Source of the DNA: the human T2T-CHM13v2.0 reference genome, Homo sapiens
Assembly: GCF_009914755.1 (NCBI RefSeq)
Contig: NC_060925.1
Strand: one strand, 5' to 3'
Length of the DNA stretch: 64,000 bases
The position numbers were made by a program, and so were the translations under genes. Below, in pieces: positions 49,768 through 64,000 of this stretch. Position 1 is the stretch's first letter. Every line of letters begins with the position of its first letter. A model generated the notes under the pieces. It worked only from the letters and a program-made list of their open reading frames with translations, ran no database searches and had not been told where the DNA came from.

Positions 49768-52229
49768 CTGCCAGCAAAAGAAAGAGAGCCTCAGAGTACA
49801 AAGAGGTAAGACAAGAAGCCACTGGCATCCAGGGATAGAGAGATGCAGACAGAGGAGGGGGCAAATGCATTGCCTGCAGTCTAGTGTCCACAACTATCCT
49901 TTGTTAAAGCTGTTTTTTCAAGGGTCATAAATACCCTCTTCAACCAAATGGCCTATTTACAGTCTTCATCCAACTTGACTTTGTGGCAGCCCCTGATGCT
50001 ATTGATCTCTATATTTTCAGGAAGCAGAAGCTCTTAAAGTTCCATACAATTGCCTCTCACATGTTTTGCTAAATCCTACCCCTGTGGCTTTGCTCATGGT
50101 GCTTCTCCTGCCTTCAATGTTCCTCTCCCATTTAAACCTAACTTTCACTCTCCAGTCAATAGTGACGACTGAAATAATACATATTGCCTTAATTGAGTGC
50201 TTTCTATTTCTTGAGCACTGTACACAGACTATCTCTAATACCTAAATATGTCCAAAAATCCTAAAAGGTAGGTAGGCCTTGTTATCTCTCTTGCTCCAAT
50301 AAAGAAACTGAGGCCCAGCATTGAAGTGACTTCCCCACCGGCCACACAGCTTATAATCTCCAGAGCTAAAATTTTGAAACCTGTTCTGTCTAAATTAAAG
50401 TATCAACCTTCTCTGGAAATCTTGCTTGATTGCCTCAACTTTCAATTCTCTCTCCATTTCTAAATTCTCTCTGCACTTAAGGTGGCGACACACCTCTTGC
50501 AAGGTGATCATACACTGCCTTGCAGGTCCCCACTCATTTCATATGTGTTCGCTCTGCCCCAGTTACAGGACAAGGGACCTTGTGTCACACATCCTCTCTT
50601 CCCCAACAACATGTAGCCCAATGCAAGGAAAATAGCAAATATTCGATAAACCATTGATAAATGAGGCAGGAAAGGTAGGACCAAAGTGAGAGGCATGTGA
50701 GAAAGGAAAGAAAAAAAGTTCTTAGACACAGGGAAACATTTGACGGAGATCAGAGTACCAATGTGAACAAGGTCGTTTTTAAGGAAGGATCCCCCTGCCT
50801 TTCCCAGACCTGAGCCTTCAACAGCTCTCAATGATCAGACCACTTCTGAGCCAAGCACATTCTCAGGTGCAGAGGGGCATCGGAATTAGGGGAACAGCTG
50901 GCCCCCCAATCACCTCCAATCAATCTCAGACTCCTTAAGTTCTTCTATTGATTAACTCACCCCACCTCCCACACTGTTTCCAGCTCCCTCCATTTCTCCA
51001 AAGACTAAATCCCTCCCTGGCCTTCCAGGTCTTCCTCAGCCCAGCTGCTGCCCTGATTCATCTAACCAAGGTAACTCTCCCTGTGTGTCTTCCTGTAGTG
51101 CTGGCTCTCTGCCAGCTTGGCTCACTGCCCAGTTCAAGGCTTCTTCCTTCAGGAAGGCTTCTGAACCAGAGCGGTATGGCAACTCTCTGCCTCTGAGGTC
51201 CATGTGGTGCGTGAGTCACAGACATTCCCTCTCTCTCTCACCATACTCATTTCTTTGCTCACTCCACTTTTCCCTTTCTGCCCCTCCAACTCTCTCGCTC
51301 CTTTTCCCCCTTCTCCCTTTCTTCCTTTCCTTCCTAACTGCTTCTCACTGATTTTAGGCCTGCTATTTGTATCCCAGACATCATTTAATCTCACTGGCCC
51401 TCAAAGCTAAAGATGCTGTTGATTTCTGATGTATGACATACATACAATCATGTATTTATTTACTTCTTTCCCTATTTATTTACTTTTTGGATTGTTGTTT
51501 TTGTTGGCTCATTTCATTTCCAAGACACCAAAGGACTTTCCCTGTTTCTTTTGAAGCCCTTCCAAAGCAACCCCAGATAAATTCCCTTCACTCTTTTCCC
51601 CTTTGTTAGCAAGGTGGGAAACGCTGCCCTTCGTACCACCATGAGATGATACAGTAGGTCTAAAGCTGGGAAGGCACAGGTTTCCTTGCTAAAGTTGCCC
51701 AATAATACTTCCTGGAGACTCAGGGAGTGCCTGTTAGAAGGACATTAAAAGGATAATGACACAACATCAACATAATGGTGCTGACTCATGGACTCCTAGA
51801 ACTTCCTCAGTGAGCCCACTAATTCCCACTCCCCACATCTAGTTGGATTTTCCTGCCCTCACTTCTCACCCACTACCTTGCATATTTGCCCCATAACTTT
51901 CCTTCTTGGCCCTTTCCCACTCTCTCTCCCCTGAGCCAGGAAATGGAGTAACTTGGCCAGGTCTCTCATTGCCTTCACCCTGCTATTCTCCTTCTCATGC
52001 AGTTCACAGAGCTGTGTGCCCCTTCAGTTTCCCAACTACCCAGGTGATCTTCATTGCACTTCTCTAGCAGCTCCTCACACTGCAGATGTGATGAGAAGAC
52101 TTCATAATTACAAGTCTGCCCACCTGCAGCACTCTTCACGTCCCCCTGTCACTCACCACCATCAAATGCACTAGCTGATGACAACTTGACAATTCATAAA
52201 CACAGGGGAGGGAGAGAATCGTAAAAGAA

Positions 52230-52860
52230 TACGTGTTCCACAAGTTAAATGGCACCATGAGGAGGCAATCATACAAATTCAGAATGTGAGATATTCTTAA
52301 AGGCAACTGGCCTAGATGCTTCAAAATATCAGTGTTATAAAAATGAATGAAGAACTGAATGAATGAATGAATGAATGAATGAATGGGGGAACTCTTCTAG
52401 ATCAAAACAAACTAAAGAGGCTCAACGGAATGCAATGTGCAAACCTTGATTAAAGTCTAGTTTGGAAACAAGAGAGCCAGAAATACATATTTGGAACAAT
52501 TGGGGAATGTGAATGTGGATTAACTATTAGATGATATTATGGAATCACTGAATTCAAGTTTTTGATGGAGGAGGTGACAATGGTATTGTTGACATGTAAG
52601 AAAGTGTCCATGTTCTTCAGAGCTGCAGGCTGAAGCATTTAGTGGCAGAGTGTCAAGATATCTGCAACTTACTTTCAAATAGTTTAACAATAAAAAATAT
52701 ATATATATATATATATACACACACACCTAGAAAGAAACAAGCAACTAAGGTAAATGATTAACAATCATTAAATCTAGGTGAAGAGTTGATGGGTGTGATA
52801 CAATTTTTTCAACTTTTCTGTGTGTGCAAAATTTTTCAAAATAAAAAATTGAGGAAAAAA
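52230..52860 (+). mobile_element. Old L1M (L1MC/ME-like) 3' fragment containing (GAAT)n 52356-52385
   Basis: tggggaatgtgaatgtggat..attagatgatatt; ctgcaacttactttcaaat; ttttcaaaataaaaa. Confidence 0.65.
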
Positions 52861-53498
52861 ATAAATTATCCAAGTGCCTGCCATGTCCCTCACTGTGCTA
52901 AAGGGTTTTATACATTGTTACAGCCCAGAGAAGGCATACAGAAGATGACTTTTTAAGTCTTCTTAGTTTGGGCAGGTATGTTGTCATTTCTTTTGCAATA
53001 AATATGCTTACTAATTTTATTTGGACTAACAGGAAGAAAAGGTTTGGCTTCACAACACAGTTAATGACAATGGGATGCTATGTACTTTGAGTGAAGTAAC
53101 AGCAGGGAGTCTGGAACTAAGATATTGCTACTGTTCATCTACAAAGTATATAATATCCCTAGGTGATTGAAGGAAGACTATAAAACATCCCTATGTTTAC
53201 TTGTGCAAAGCATGCAGCCATATATTTCCTTTATGTGTCTATTCACAGTGATATGTCAGTCTTGGACCTCAAGTCCTTGGAAGGAAGGGACAATATCTAT
53301 CCAAATCACTGCTCATCCCGCAGCGTGACACCATGGTGAAATAAATATTTAACATGGCAATAAAAAGTTGACGGTGATGATGTTGTGAAATGAGCATGTG
53401 CCTGGCAGAAAATCAGTCAACACCCTGAAACCCCAGAGTCTTGAAGGGTTTTGATGCTGCAGCTGGTGAAACGTGGCATTGTCTGTCTGGCCTGTTAC

Positions 53499-53628
53499 CT
53501 TTAGATCTTCCTCTTGGAGCTGTTCCATATATTCCAGCATCTGCTCCTTCTCCTGCTCCCGCTGCTCAGCAAGCAGCGATCGCTCCTCCTGGTTCTTTTC
53601 CATCTGTTCCACAATTTGCCGCCTTCCT
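53499..53628 (-). CDS. CFAP45: CFAP45 exon 7 (GRRQIVEQME...QEEDLK)
   Basis: ctctccaAG / AAG|GTAACA; 130 nt. Confidence 0.96.
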
Positions 53629-55130
53629 CTTGGAGAGAACAGTGCCACAGTGTCTTAGAAACCCAGGGTCCACATCTCCCAGAGTCCAACCTCCACCTAA
53701 ACAACCCCCAAGATGGGTGGTGTCACCGAAACAATTTGACAAGTGCCCCCTAAACATGAATATGCTTCATGAGCCCAGACCAAAGTCCCTCCCCCAGGAA
53801 GGACCTCAAGGGTTGGCCTCCTTTCTCCTGAGCTCCTGGTTCCAGGGCTCACTCTTCCTGAGATTCTCCTTCTTTATTTGTTTGTCCAAGAGGGGTACCC
53901 CACTTGATAAAACACCTTCTACCTTCCAGTATATAAAGAGTTTCTGAAATCCTACCACCTCCCAATTCTTCCCAGAGTAATCATAGGAAGCTAGCTGAAT
54001 AGTAAAAAGCCAAACAAACAAACAAACAAACAAACCCAGGGTGTACAAGCAATGTTGTCAGTGATTCCCTATGTGTTAGTGGGATGTCAATAAACTTGGA
54101 AGCATAGACCCCATGACATATGAGTAAAGGCTGGAAGAACGGGAGAAGACACATATTAGGATCAGAATTGAGGGGAAAGAGTATGAGAGCCACATTCAGA
54201 TGGAGTGCTCGAATGGCTTCATGACTCCAGATGAAGTAAACAGGAGTAAAGAGTAAAAGGGTTACATGAAAACAAGTTTGGGCTCAATACAAGGACCAGC
54301 TCAAATCATTACAGTTGCCTAACAAGACAGAGTTTTCCTTTGCTGGAGCTGTTTATGCAGAAGATGGACAGCCACTTAGCCACTCAGTAACCTTTCACTG
54401 GGAACCTACTATAGTATACCAGGTACCTACCAGAAGTACAGAGGTGAATGTACCAGGTATAGTACACAAGACACAGAGATGAATGGTTCCAGAGAACAGG
54501 ATACAGTTGGGGAGATAAAACTGCCATTCAGTGTGGTACAAAGATTATTTATAAAGGTAATTCATGTATTGTATGGTTGGCGTTCTAAATCTAGGACACT
54601 ATTATTCTATAATTTACTTGCTCTGGGACTTGTCCTTTTCTGCACAAAATGAAGGGGAGACTGAATTTATTCATCCCAACATGAATTAAGCACCTATTAC
54701 AGGCCAAACACTCTGCTAGGCTCAGAAGCTACAGAACTGGATACGAAAGGACCTGTCCGCAATGAGCGTAGCATCTAGGAGGGTCAGAAAGCCACAGCAC
54801 AAGAGTGGGATGCTGGAGCATAAACACAGAGTGATGGGCACAGAGAAGGGAGCCACTAAGCCTGCCTAGTGACATGAGGGAGGTGACAGCAAAGCTATAT
54901 ATAAAGGGAAGGAGACAGCATTTTCCAGGAGGAAAAGGAAAGAAAAGGGTATTCAAAAAAGAGAAAACAAAAAAAAATTAAGAACTTGTCACAAGGCCTG
55001 GCATGTTGGGGGCCTGGGAAAAAGCACAGAGTAGATGGCAGGTAGGGGTGAGAAACGAGATTGATTGCAGCCAGACTGTGAAGTGCCTCCTAGGATTTGG
55101 GAAATAAGCTTCTAAAAATTCTGTGATTCT

Positions 55131-55417
<287 letters not shown>

Positions 55418-55573
55418 GTTCTGTGATTCTATGTATCACTTCGTAAAGTTTTGAGATAATAAGTAGATGACAATAATGACCATTTCTCATCTCTTCCCTC
55501 TTTGCTAGGCTACATGGACCTAAAGATACATGGAAATAGCTTAGAGAGGGAGATGCCAAAACCACATCTTTAC

Positions 55574-55752
55574 CTAATTCTTTCCTCCCTCCTCTTCCTC
55601 TCCAGTTCCTCCTGCCTTTGAATGGATTTCTGCCGCTCCACTTCCATCATCTGATCCAACCGCTTCTCTTCTGTGTCCAGTTCTTTTTGGATCTGCTGCT
55701 TCTCCAGGATTTGGGCATCCCGGATGGCATGGCACTTAGCATTGAGGATAAT
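55574..55752 (-). CDS. CFAP45: CFAP45 exon 6 (IILNAKCHAIRDAQ...REERIR)
   Basis: ctctccAG / AG|GTAAAG; 179 nt. Confidence 0.96.
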
Positions 55753-56903
55753 CTGGAGAGTGGAGATTAAACTGTAGCACTAGGCCTAGGGATGTGTAAG
55801 TTTAAGGGGAAGAAATGGAAACAGAATGCTATACTGCTGAGCATGCTGGAGGTGTGCATGACTGCTCACAAGTCCGGGGAAATAAGAATGTTCTTATATT
55901 TACCTTTCCCCTTAATATAGTTTAGCTCAAAGATTTACTGGCCTCCTGCTAGGTGCCAGGGTCTGTGCAAGGAGGGGCCTGGAATAGCATCTTTCAGGGA
56001 GCTACATCTTAGGGTTTTGGTGGTAATGGGTCACCCTTTGGAAATATGATGAAAGCAACGGCCCTCTCCTCCATAAAACTCACTTATACATGTACACACA
56101 AAATTTCTATAAAACTTCAGAGGTCCATTGTTCCACTTAGAGACCCATGAACTCCAGGTTGGACCCCTTGTTCTCCTCAGGGGAGCTAAGACACTCTTGC
56201 AGAGGCCAGGCCACAAGATTTTTAAGCTGGAAGAGCCCAACATGACACAAAAGGGATGAAAAACCACGGGCCCATGAATAAGAACCCAAAAGTAAAACCT
56301 TTAGAAAATTAAAGGAGGCATACATAGAGAAGATTTACCTGAGAGACAGAAATCAGAGGTGCAGGGATTGGGGAATCAGCACTTTTCATTTGGTAAGGAA
56401 GTGAACCACATGCAAATGAGTTACAACAGAATTCAAATGAGCCTCTGGTCTTTAGGCTCTCAGCCAAAGGAAAAGCTTTGGGTACTCCAAAAGCATCCAA
56501 TTGCCTCGACCACCATACGTGGCCAGAACTGAACTAACAGGATGAAAATAAAAGTAACACTGCACATTTAATTTACCAATCCTCAGCCCACAAAGCCTCT
56601 CCCGTCTACTACCTTATTTCATCCTGCCAATGATTCCACAAAGTAGTTTTACCACCCTCAAGTTACAAATGAAGAAAGTGAGGCTCAGGGAGGGCAAGTG
56701 ACTTGCCCATGGTCACACAGCGAACAGGTGGCAGAGCCAGTCCTCACTGTGATCACTGCAACTACCACAGCAGGTGCAGCTCTCCCCCGCCCCACCCCTG
56801 CCCACACCCCCACCAGTCCCTGGCCTTGTCCAGTGCGGGAATAAGGGGAGGGCGGAGGGATGGCAGTGAATGCTCAGAGGGAAGGGAGAGACGAAGAGCC
56901 CAC

Positions 56904-57074
56904 CTTGCTCATGTCCTTGAGCTCCTCCTCCTGCTCCATCCGCAGCTTGTTGGCTCTCTGCAGGAGGTTCTGGGCCCGTTCCTTGGCCACCTCCTCCAGG
57001 TCACTGAGCTTCTTGTTGTTGTTCCACACCATCTCCTTCTGTTTCATGATCTTCTTTCGTGTCATCACTGCATC
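56904..57074 (-). CDS. CFAP45: CFAP45 exon 5 (DAVMTRKK...LKDMSK)
   Basis: cccttAG / AAG|GTGGGC; 171 nt. Confidence 0.96.
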
Positions 57075-57414
57075 CTAAGGGAGACCAGTCTGGCTCAGTG
57101 GGAGATTATTTCATGCGCTCTGTGCCCTGGGCGCTAGCCTGGCTACCACAGGTGACCCAGTACAATTTTGCCTTGGCCAGTGATGATGTCAGAGCCAAGA
57201 AGTTCCACAGCCTGGCTTCATTCTCAGCCCTCCCCTTGGCCCCGGCTGCTCCCACCTCTCATCTCAGGTATTGCTCTTTGGTCTCCTTTCTGTAATATTT
57301 CTTCATTAAGTACATAATTTGTGCCTCATTTCAGGGTCCCCTGATGAGAGTTCCCCAGTGCATTTTGATTCTGCCACCCATCTGCAGAGGTGAAGGCTTA
57401 GGGAGGTTAACTAC

Positions 57415-57559
57415 CATGGTGGCTTCCTTCTCCTTCTTGAAGGCCTGGTCCCTGGCCTCAAGTTCTTCTCTGGTCAGGACATGGGATGCCCATTTGATTC
57501 GCTCAAACTCCTCAGGGCTGATGATTAGGGACTCCCCGGAGGGATCCTCTGTGGGAACA
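57415..57559 (-). CDS. CFAP45: CFAP45 exon 4 (VPTEDPSGES...KEKEATM)
   Basis: gtgacAG / ATG|GTAGTT; 145 nt. Confidence 0.96.
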
Positions 57560-59542
57560 CTGTCACAAGAATAAACAGAGTTAGGGAGGGGAGAGGGAAA
57601 GCTCTCAGCACCACACTTCAGGCTTCTCTGCTCTCTTCCCCTCTTCCCATCATGCCAGTGGACTCCCCCAATGGCAGAAGAGACGGCAAGTGTGCCATGG
57701 GTCCACTGGGGAGTAGATGTTCCAAGTGGGGGGTCAGGTAGCATTGAAGGCTAAAAAGAGACATTTTAAGTCCTTTTTCTATTAGGTCCTGCTCATATGT
57801 TACCTTCTCTGTGCAGCTGAGACCCCCCATCATGTCCACATGTGCCCACTCTGCCCCCCCACCAAGGACCAATAGATCACCTCCTCCTCTGAGCCCACAC
57901 TGCACTCTGTTCTTACTGCCTGTATCACAGCCAATTGGGCAGCTCTGTTTCCTTTATGAGCTCCTTCAGGACACAAACTCTGTCTTAACCACACTGGTAG
58001 CCTAGTCTCTGGCATAGCGCTTGGTACAGAGTGAGAATTCAAAACAAAGCTGTTGAATTAAATTTTAAAAACAGATTATTCCTCAAGGATGACATAAAAA
58101 CGGCAAGGGGACGCCAGACAAGGTTGATATAGATGCTAGTTAGAAACCTAAGCTTCCCTGCCCATCCAGCCTAGAGAGAAGCTTTGAACTGTAAATATTA
58201 ATTAAAATCTGTGATCAACAATAGCCAGAGACATGTCTATAGACCTCTCCTTTCTAGCTATCCAACGCATTCAACAAACCAATCGCTAATTATAATGATT
58301 ACAAGCAAATGACATATATTAAAGATGGGGGAGGGAGTAGTTAGGGGGGTGGGAAGAAAGCTGCTTCTGGGTGAGGCAGGTACATGCCAATTTGACAGGT
58401 ACATGCCAATAAGACACAGACATCTGAGACAGGAAGTGAAACCTCATCTAATAAAACTAATGTGTGTGTGTTGGGGGAGGGTGGTCCAGGAGATGGACAG
58501 AATGAGTGAGTAGATTTGCAGCTTAGCCAAGACCTTGTGTTTCACAAAGCAGCGTGGCCCTAAACAGCCTAGGATCTGGAGTGACCAGCAGTGATCCGAA
58601 TCTAAGACAGCAGTTTATACTGCTTTCAGCATCCCTGAAAAATAACCAGCCACTTGTCCTCCAATGTGTTTTCAGGACTAGATGGCTCCAAGAAGGAACC
58701 CTTCCTCCCTTCCTCTGGCTCCAGGAGTGGCTGCAGGGCTCTAGCCACATCTGGCCACTTGATGCCACGGCTGACCAGACATGCTCAGTAAGGGGCCGCA
58801 GTCCGACACAGCTCCCGGGGTGTGTGCTAGATGTGCCTCTCCAGCTTGTGACACAGGTAGGATTTTCTGGGAATTAGGGCTTTTAGTGGGTGGAGCTAGG
58901 GCAGGGAGAACGGTTGTAGAGGGTGAAGCACTAACACAAGAGTTAAACCACTGAGCACAGTGTTGGCTCATGGCACATGGTTGAGCTAGGCCTAAGTCCC
59001 ACAGGATGGGCTCAAGCCTGGGGGCAGCTCTAGTCAGGAAGTGGGGTTGAGCTAATCCCAAAGGAACCCAGGGAGCCCCTGTGAATTTCTTCCTATGGCC
59101 TTAGAGTCTGGGAGGAAGCCAGGGGGCTAATTAGGCATCTGGTCAGTTTCCCTTTGCTTCAGATTCTTAATGCAGCCGAAAGGAAGTGACTCATCTGGAT
59201 CACTTCCCTTTAGGGAGGGTACTAATGGGGACTTAGAGAGGACTCACTAAGCACCTCCTCTCTACCAGTCCCTTAGCTCACACAGCCAGCTAGAAGTAAG
59301 GAAGGACAATGAAGCTGAGAATAAAGGACAGTGGCAATAATAGATACAACAATGGGAGAAACAAGAGAGGCCAGGATGGAGAAGAAAGAAAGAACTATCA
59401 AACAAAAAGGGGAAAACGAATAGGAAAGAAGTGGGGATTGGACTGACAGAATGAAACCAGGTGGGTTTACCCATCTCCCTACAAAGATCCTTAGCAAAAG
59501 GATGAGGACTGGACATAGAAGGGCAGGGGACAGTGTACTCAC

Positions 59543-59685
59543 ATGAGTTCTCGGACCATGTCCCGGGTGATGAGCTGGATGGTCTCTGGCTTGCGATCCA
59601 AGCCCAAAGCAGTGAGAGTTTTTTGAAGGGTATGCTTATCTCGGAGCAGCACAATGGGGCTGTCGCTCTGGCCCTGGGCTGGGGA
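59543..59685 (-). CDS. CFAP45: CFAP45 exon 3 (SPAQGQSDSPIVLL...DMVRELI)
   Basis: ctcatAG / AT|GTGAGT; 143 nt. Confidence 0.95.
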
Positions 59686-59711
59686 CTATGAGTTCAGAAA
59701 GAATAGCTTAG

Positions 59712-60123
<412 letters not shown>

Positions 60124-60743
60124 TGACCAGCTTTTCTGAAAACAAGTCTCTTGTTCTTATACAGATATTCCTCGCAGAATGGTAGGGATAGCAAGGAGTG
60201 GGGGTCACTAGTGTGTGTCTATACTTAGTCTAAAATCATCAGGAATTAAAGTAAATTTCTGTTCTCTAGGTTTTCCTCTCTCCATGAAAGATTTTCCTTT
60301 ATGAAAGAAGAAATAATTATCTCTCTAGGACCACACAGTGGGTTTGAAGCAATATAATTTGTTACAGACTCTTACAATCTTTGATATTGGTAATTTTAAA
60401 TTCTTTCTTACGATTAAATTACTTTAACCCCCACAAAAAGCCATATTCAGGGAGTTAGAAATCGCTAAATGACCTGCAGAGGCCTACCCTTAAGATCTAA
60501 GGGTAGCTCTCTGCCAGCTCATTGAGTTGGTGGTGAGGAGGTCAGTGAGTTAGAATTCAGCAAGAACACAGACTAACTGTGTGATTTTTTCTTTTTTTCA
60601 AAATTCTCCGACCCTGAAGGAGTTAGATAACAATTAAATGAAATCACCTGTTTCAGAAAATGTCTAAACACAGGAAAGGATGTGTCATTAATGCAGCCAC
60701 TGTGCTCCTGACCAGAGGCAGGGGGATGGCCCCACTTGTCCTA

Positions 60744-61400
<657 letters not shown>

Positions 61401-62243
61401 TTACCAACAGGAAAACTGCTGCAGAGCGAGAGTCTTCTAAATGGATTAAGAAGCCTATCTCAATCCCTCTGGAGAGTCCTCTTCAATTCACAATGAAGAT
61501 GTTGAAGAGCAGGGACAGACATCAACACTCCTCTCCCCACCTTCCCCACTGGCAGAGGCATTCAGGTCACTACTAGTGTCTCTCTTTCTCTTTTCCCCTT
61601 CTCTTAATCTCTCACTGCCCTTCTCTCCATGTCATATTCTCTTTTTCTCCTTCCCTCTCTTCCTTCTTACCTACTAAACTCCATATGTACCAAAATCAGT
61701 CAAAGCTCTACTATCTAGCTCTCTTTATCTAGACTAAAGGAGTTGTCCACCTCTTGGTCTAGATAACACTTGCAAATAAAGACCTGCTCGTTTCCCAAAG
61801 CTAAGTAATTGTTTTAGTTGAGCAACTGGGAAAGGAGGATGGTTTTGTGTTGTACTCTGATGCTATTATCCTTGGATGGAGCGGGGAAGATGTTGCTATT
61901 GTCTGCAAGCTTAGCCCATCAGCCCTGCAATGTTTCCATCATGGAGCTCAACTGAGCAACTATTGCACTCTCTGCAGCTGAGCCTCCCTTTTGACATTAT
62001 AACAGATTTTAAACACTGTGAAGACATGAGAGATTCTAGGGTGGAAGAAGCTAGGTGTCCCTGTTTACATAGGCCCCACTAGATCCCAAAGCTCTGCAGC
62101 TCAGGTCTCAGAATTCCCCTTTGTCTTCAGTCTGAGAGTTACCTACGAGAGCAAGGTTACTCAGCAGAAGCTTTGCCCTGAGCTACATTTTTGGGCCTCT
62201 GCCTGCAGGTGGCATCAACTTGAAAGGACTTGTTGAGGATTAC

Positions 62244-62369
62244 CTTGATATCTCCAAAGAGGCTCTCATCCACCTCAGAGCTCACGGCTTTGGTCCGATA
62301 GCGAGCCTTATTCCTTGACCTGTTGGAAGCGGCAGAAGAGGAGCTCAGGATGCCAGCTGTGCTTAGTGG
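62244..62369 (-). CDS. CFAP45: CFAP45 (CCDC19) exon 2 (PLSTAGILSS...LFGDIK); exon 1 with the ATG is beyond the window
   Basis: ttcctgcAG / AAG|GTAATC; 126 nt, phase 0-0; ciliary microtubule-inner coiled-coil protein. Confidence 0.95.
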
Positions 62370-62614
62370 CTGCAGGAAGAGGCAGAAAGTTTGGGTCATC
62401 AGTACTGAGTGGCATCCAGACCCTGGGAAGTCAACAATTCACCAGCCCATGCTGGGGGAGTGGGTGGGCATGTGAAAAAGAAACAGTTAGGGAAAGCGGC
62501 TGTGTAAACTCTGAACCATAGGGGACAAGGAGCAACAGATGGAGGGCATCCCCACAGAGCAGGGAAGGGTCTCTGCAAAAAAAAGAGCTCTGCATAAAGC
62601 AGCATTTGTGTAAA

Positions 62615-63190
62615 ACAGTTGATCTCATAGAAGTACAGAGTAGAATGGTGGTTACCAGAGGCTGAAGAGAGGAAGGGGAGGGGCATGGGGAGAGGTTGGT
62701 CAGTGAGTGCGCAGTTACAGTTAGATAGGAGGAATAAGTTCTGGTGCTCTATTGCACAGAAAGGCCACTATAGTTAATAATAATGTACTGTATATCTCAA
62801 AAGAGATACACAATATCTAGGAGAGGATTTTGAGAAATATAAATGTTATAAGATTAAATGAGATGGCAAGGTCTAGTATTTGATAGCGCAATAGAATGAC
62901 TAGAGTTAACAATAATGTATATTACTATATATAAATGTATATTAATATACATGTATACAATAATATATATAAATATACATGTATACAATGTATATTAATT
63001 TACATTGTATATTTCAAACTAGCTAGAAGAGAGAATTTTGAGTGATCTCACTGCAAAGAAATGACAAGTGTTTGAGGTAATGGATATGCTAACTACCCTG
63101 ATTCAATCATTACACAATGTATATACATGTATCAAAACATCACACTATACCCCATAAATGTGTACAATCATTATGTGTCAATTAAAAACA
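62615..63190 (+). mobile_element. L1MA-type 3' end with an internal AT-rich expansion
   Basis: gatctcatagaagtacagagtagaatggtggttaccagaggctg...cccataaatgtgtacaat..gtcaattaaaaa. Confidence 0.85.
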
Positions 63191-64000
63191 AAGCTGTTTT
63201 GTTTTTTGTGGGGTTTTTTTAAGAGCATTTCTGTAGTCCCTGAAGCTGAAGGCCAAGTCGGCCACATAGTATGGAAGTAAGGATAAAGGAAGCAGGAATG
63301 GCAGGAGGAGAGAAGCAACAGTTTCTCATTATCTGCCTAGTACCAGTTTCCCAAGAGGACAATCTCTTGTGGGGCAACTTGGGCTTGCCCCCTGAGACAC
63401 GCACAGTGTCCCCTTTGCCTCCAATCTTTTCAGCTTGTGCTTCAAGTCTTTCTCACAAATGACGCTACTGTTTGACCTCCTTCGTGTCTCCACAATCTTA
63501 CAAGGTTATGGTGGGACCACAGGATATAAAGGATGGAAAAGTGCCTCACCCACTGCTTGGCATGTGGTTGATGCCCAATAAACTTGAGGCAGTGGGTGAA
63601 TGATAAATGATTACTAGCTATAATCAAGCAAACCAGTTCATAATACCCACTATTTGGCTGTTTCTCTCCCAAGACCCTTTTAGTGTGCCTTAGTCATTTT
63701 TTAACCCCCTACTAACTTCCTATTTTGGCAAATTCCCCATCTAATGAGTTGTGGGAGATAGTGCTCTTCTCCAACTACAGAAGCTGAAAACATCAAATAT
63801 TCACCTCAGACTGGCCAAGGGACCTAGGCTTAGCCAATGAGATGGCCCTGGACTGACAATGACTAGGGAACTAGTGGACCAAAAGGCAGAACAAGGAAAA
63901 CCTTTCTGACCCAAACAGAACTGGCAGCCAGACCCAGCGTCTGGGCAACACTGATAACGATACCAGCAGCGGCACCCTATGTAAGGAATTGGCAGTTTTG

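Noticed and set aside
58377-58410. Duplicated caggtacatgccaat resembling two p53 half-sites
   Set aside because: Each half mismatches RRRCWWGYYY at two positions and the spacer is long; a simple micro-duplication is more likely

Overview
Mammalian, almost certainly human 1q23.2 sequence (identified from recognised protein sequences). It holds the last three coding exons and 3' UTR of SLAMF8 (+), the complete VSIG8 gene (-, 7 coding exons, 414 aa), CFAP45/CCDC19 coding exons 2-12 (-, 551 aa once the out-of-window ATG is added), and the overlapping minus-strand SNHG28/C1orf204 unit, whose 235-aa ORF can be rebuilt exon by exon from canonical splice sites. Four observations stand out. (1) A SNORD64 (HBII-13, Prader-Willi locus)-like C/D snoRNA copy at 20901-20967 is followed almost immediately by an A-tail and seems to be the 3' end of a ~2.25-kb AT-rich retroposed block, a possible fossil of a snoRNA-ended long RNA. 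(2) A 646-bp, ~99% identical inverted duplication (11907-12552 / 14106-14751) lies in the same intron. (3) A splice donor overlaps the VSIG8 stop codon and could swap its PDZ-type C-terminus for a 124-aa extension. (4) A degenerate copy of part of VSIG8 exon 4 sits in intron 5 with its own cryptic acceptor. The rest is ordinary Alu/L1/L2/MIR/DNA-transposon background. Repeat subfamilies and the boundaries of old repeats were judged by eye and are approximate.
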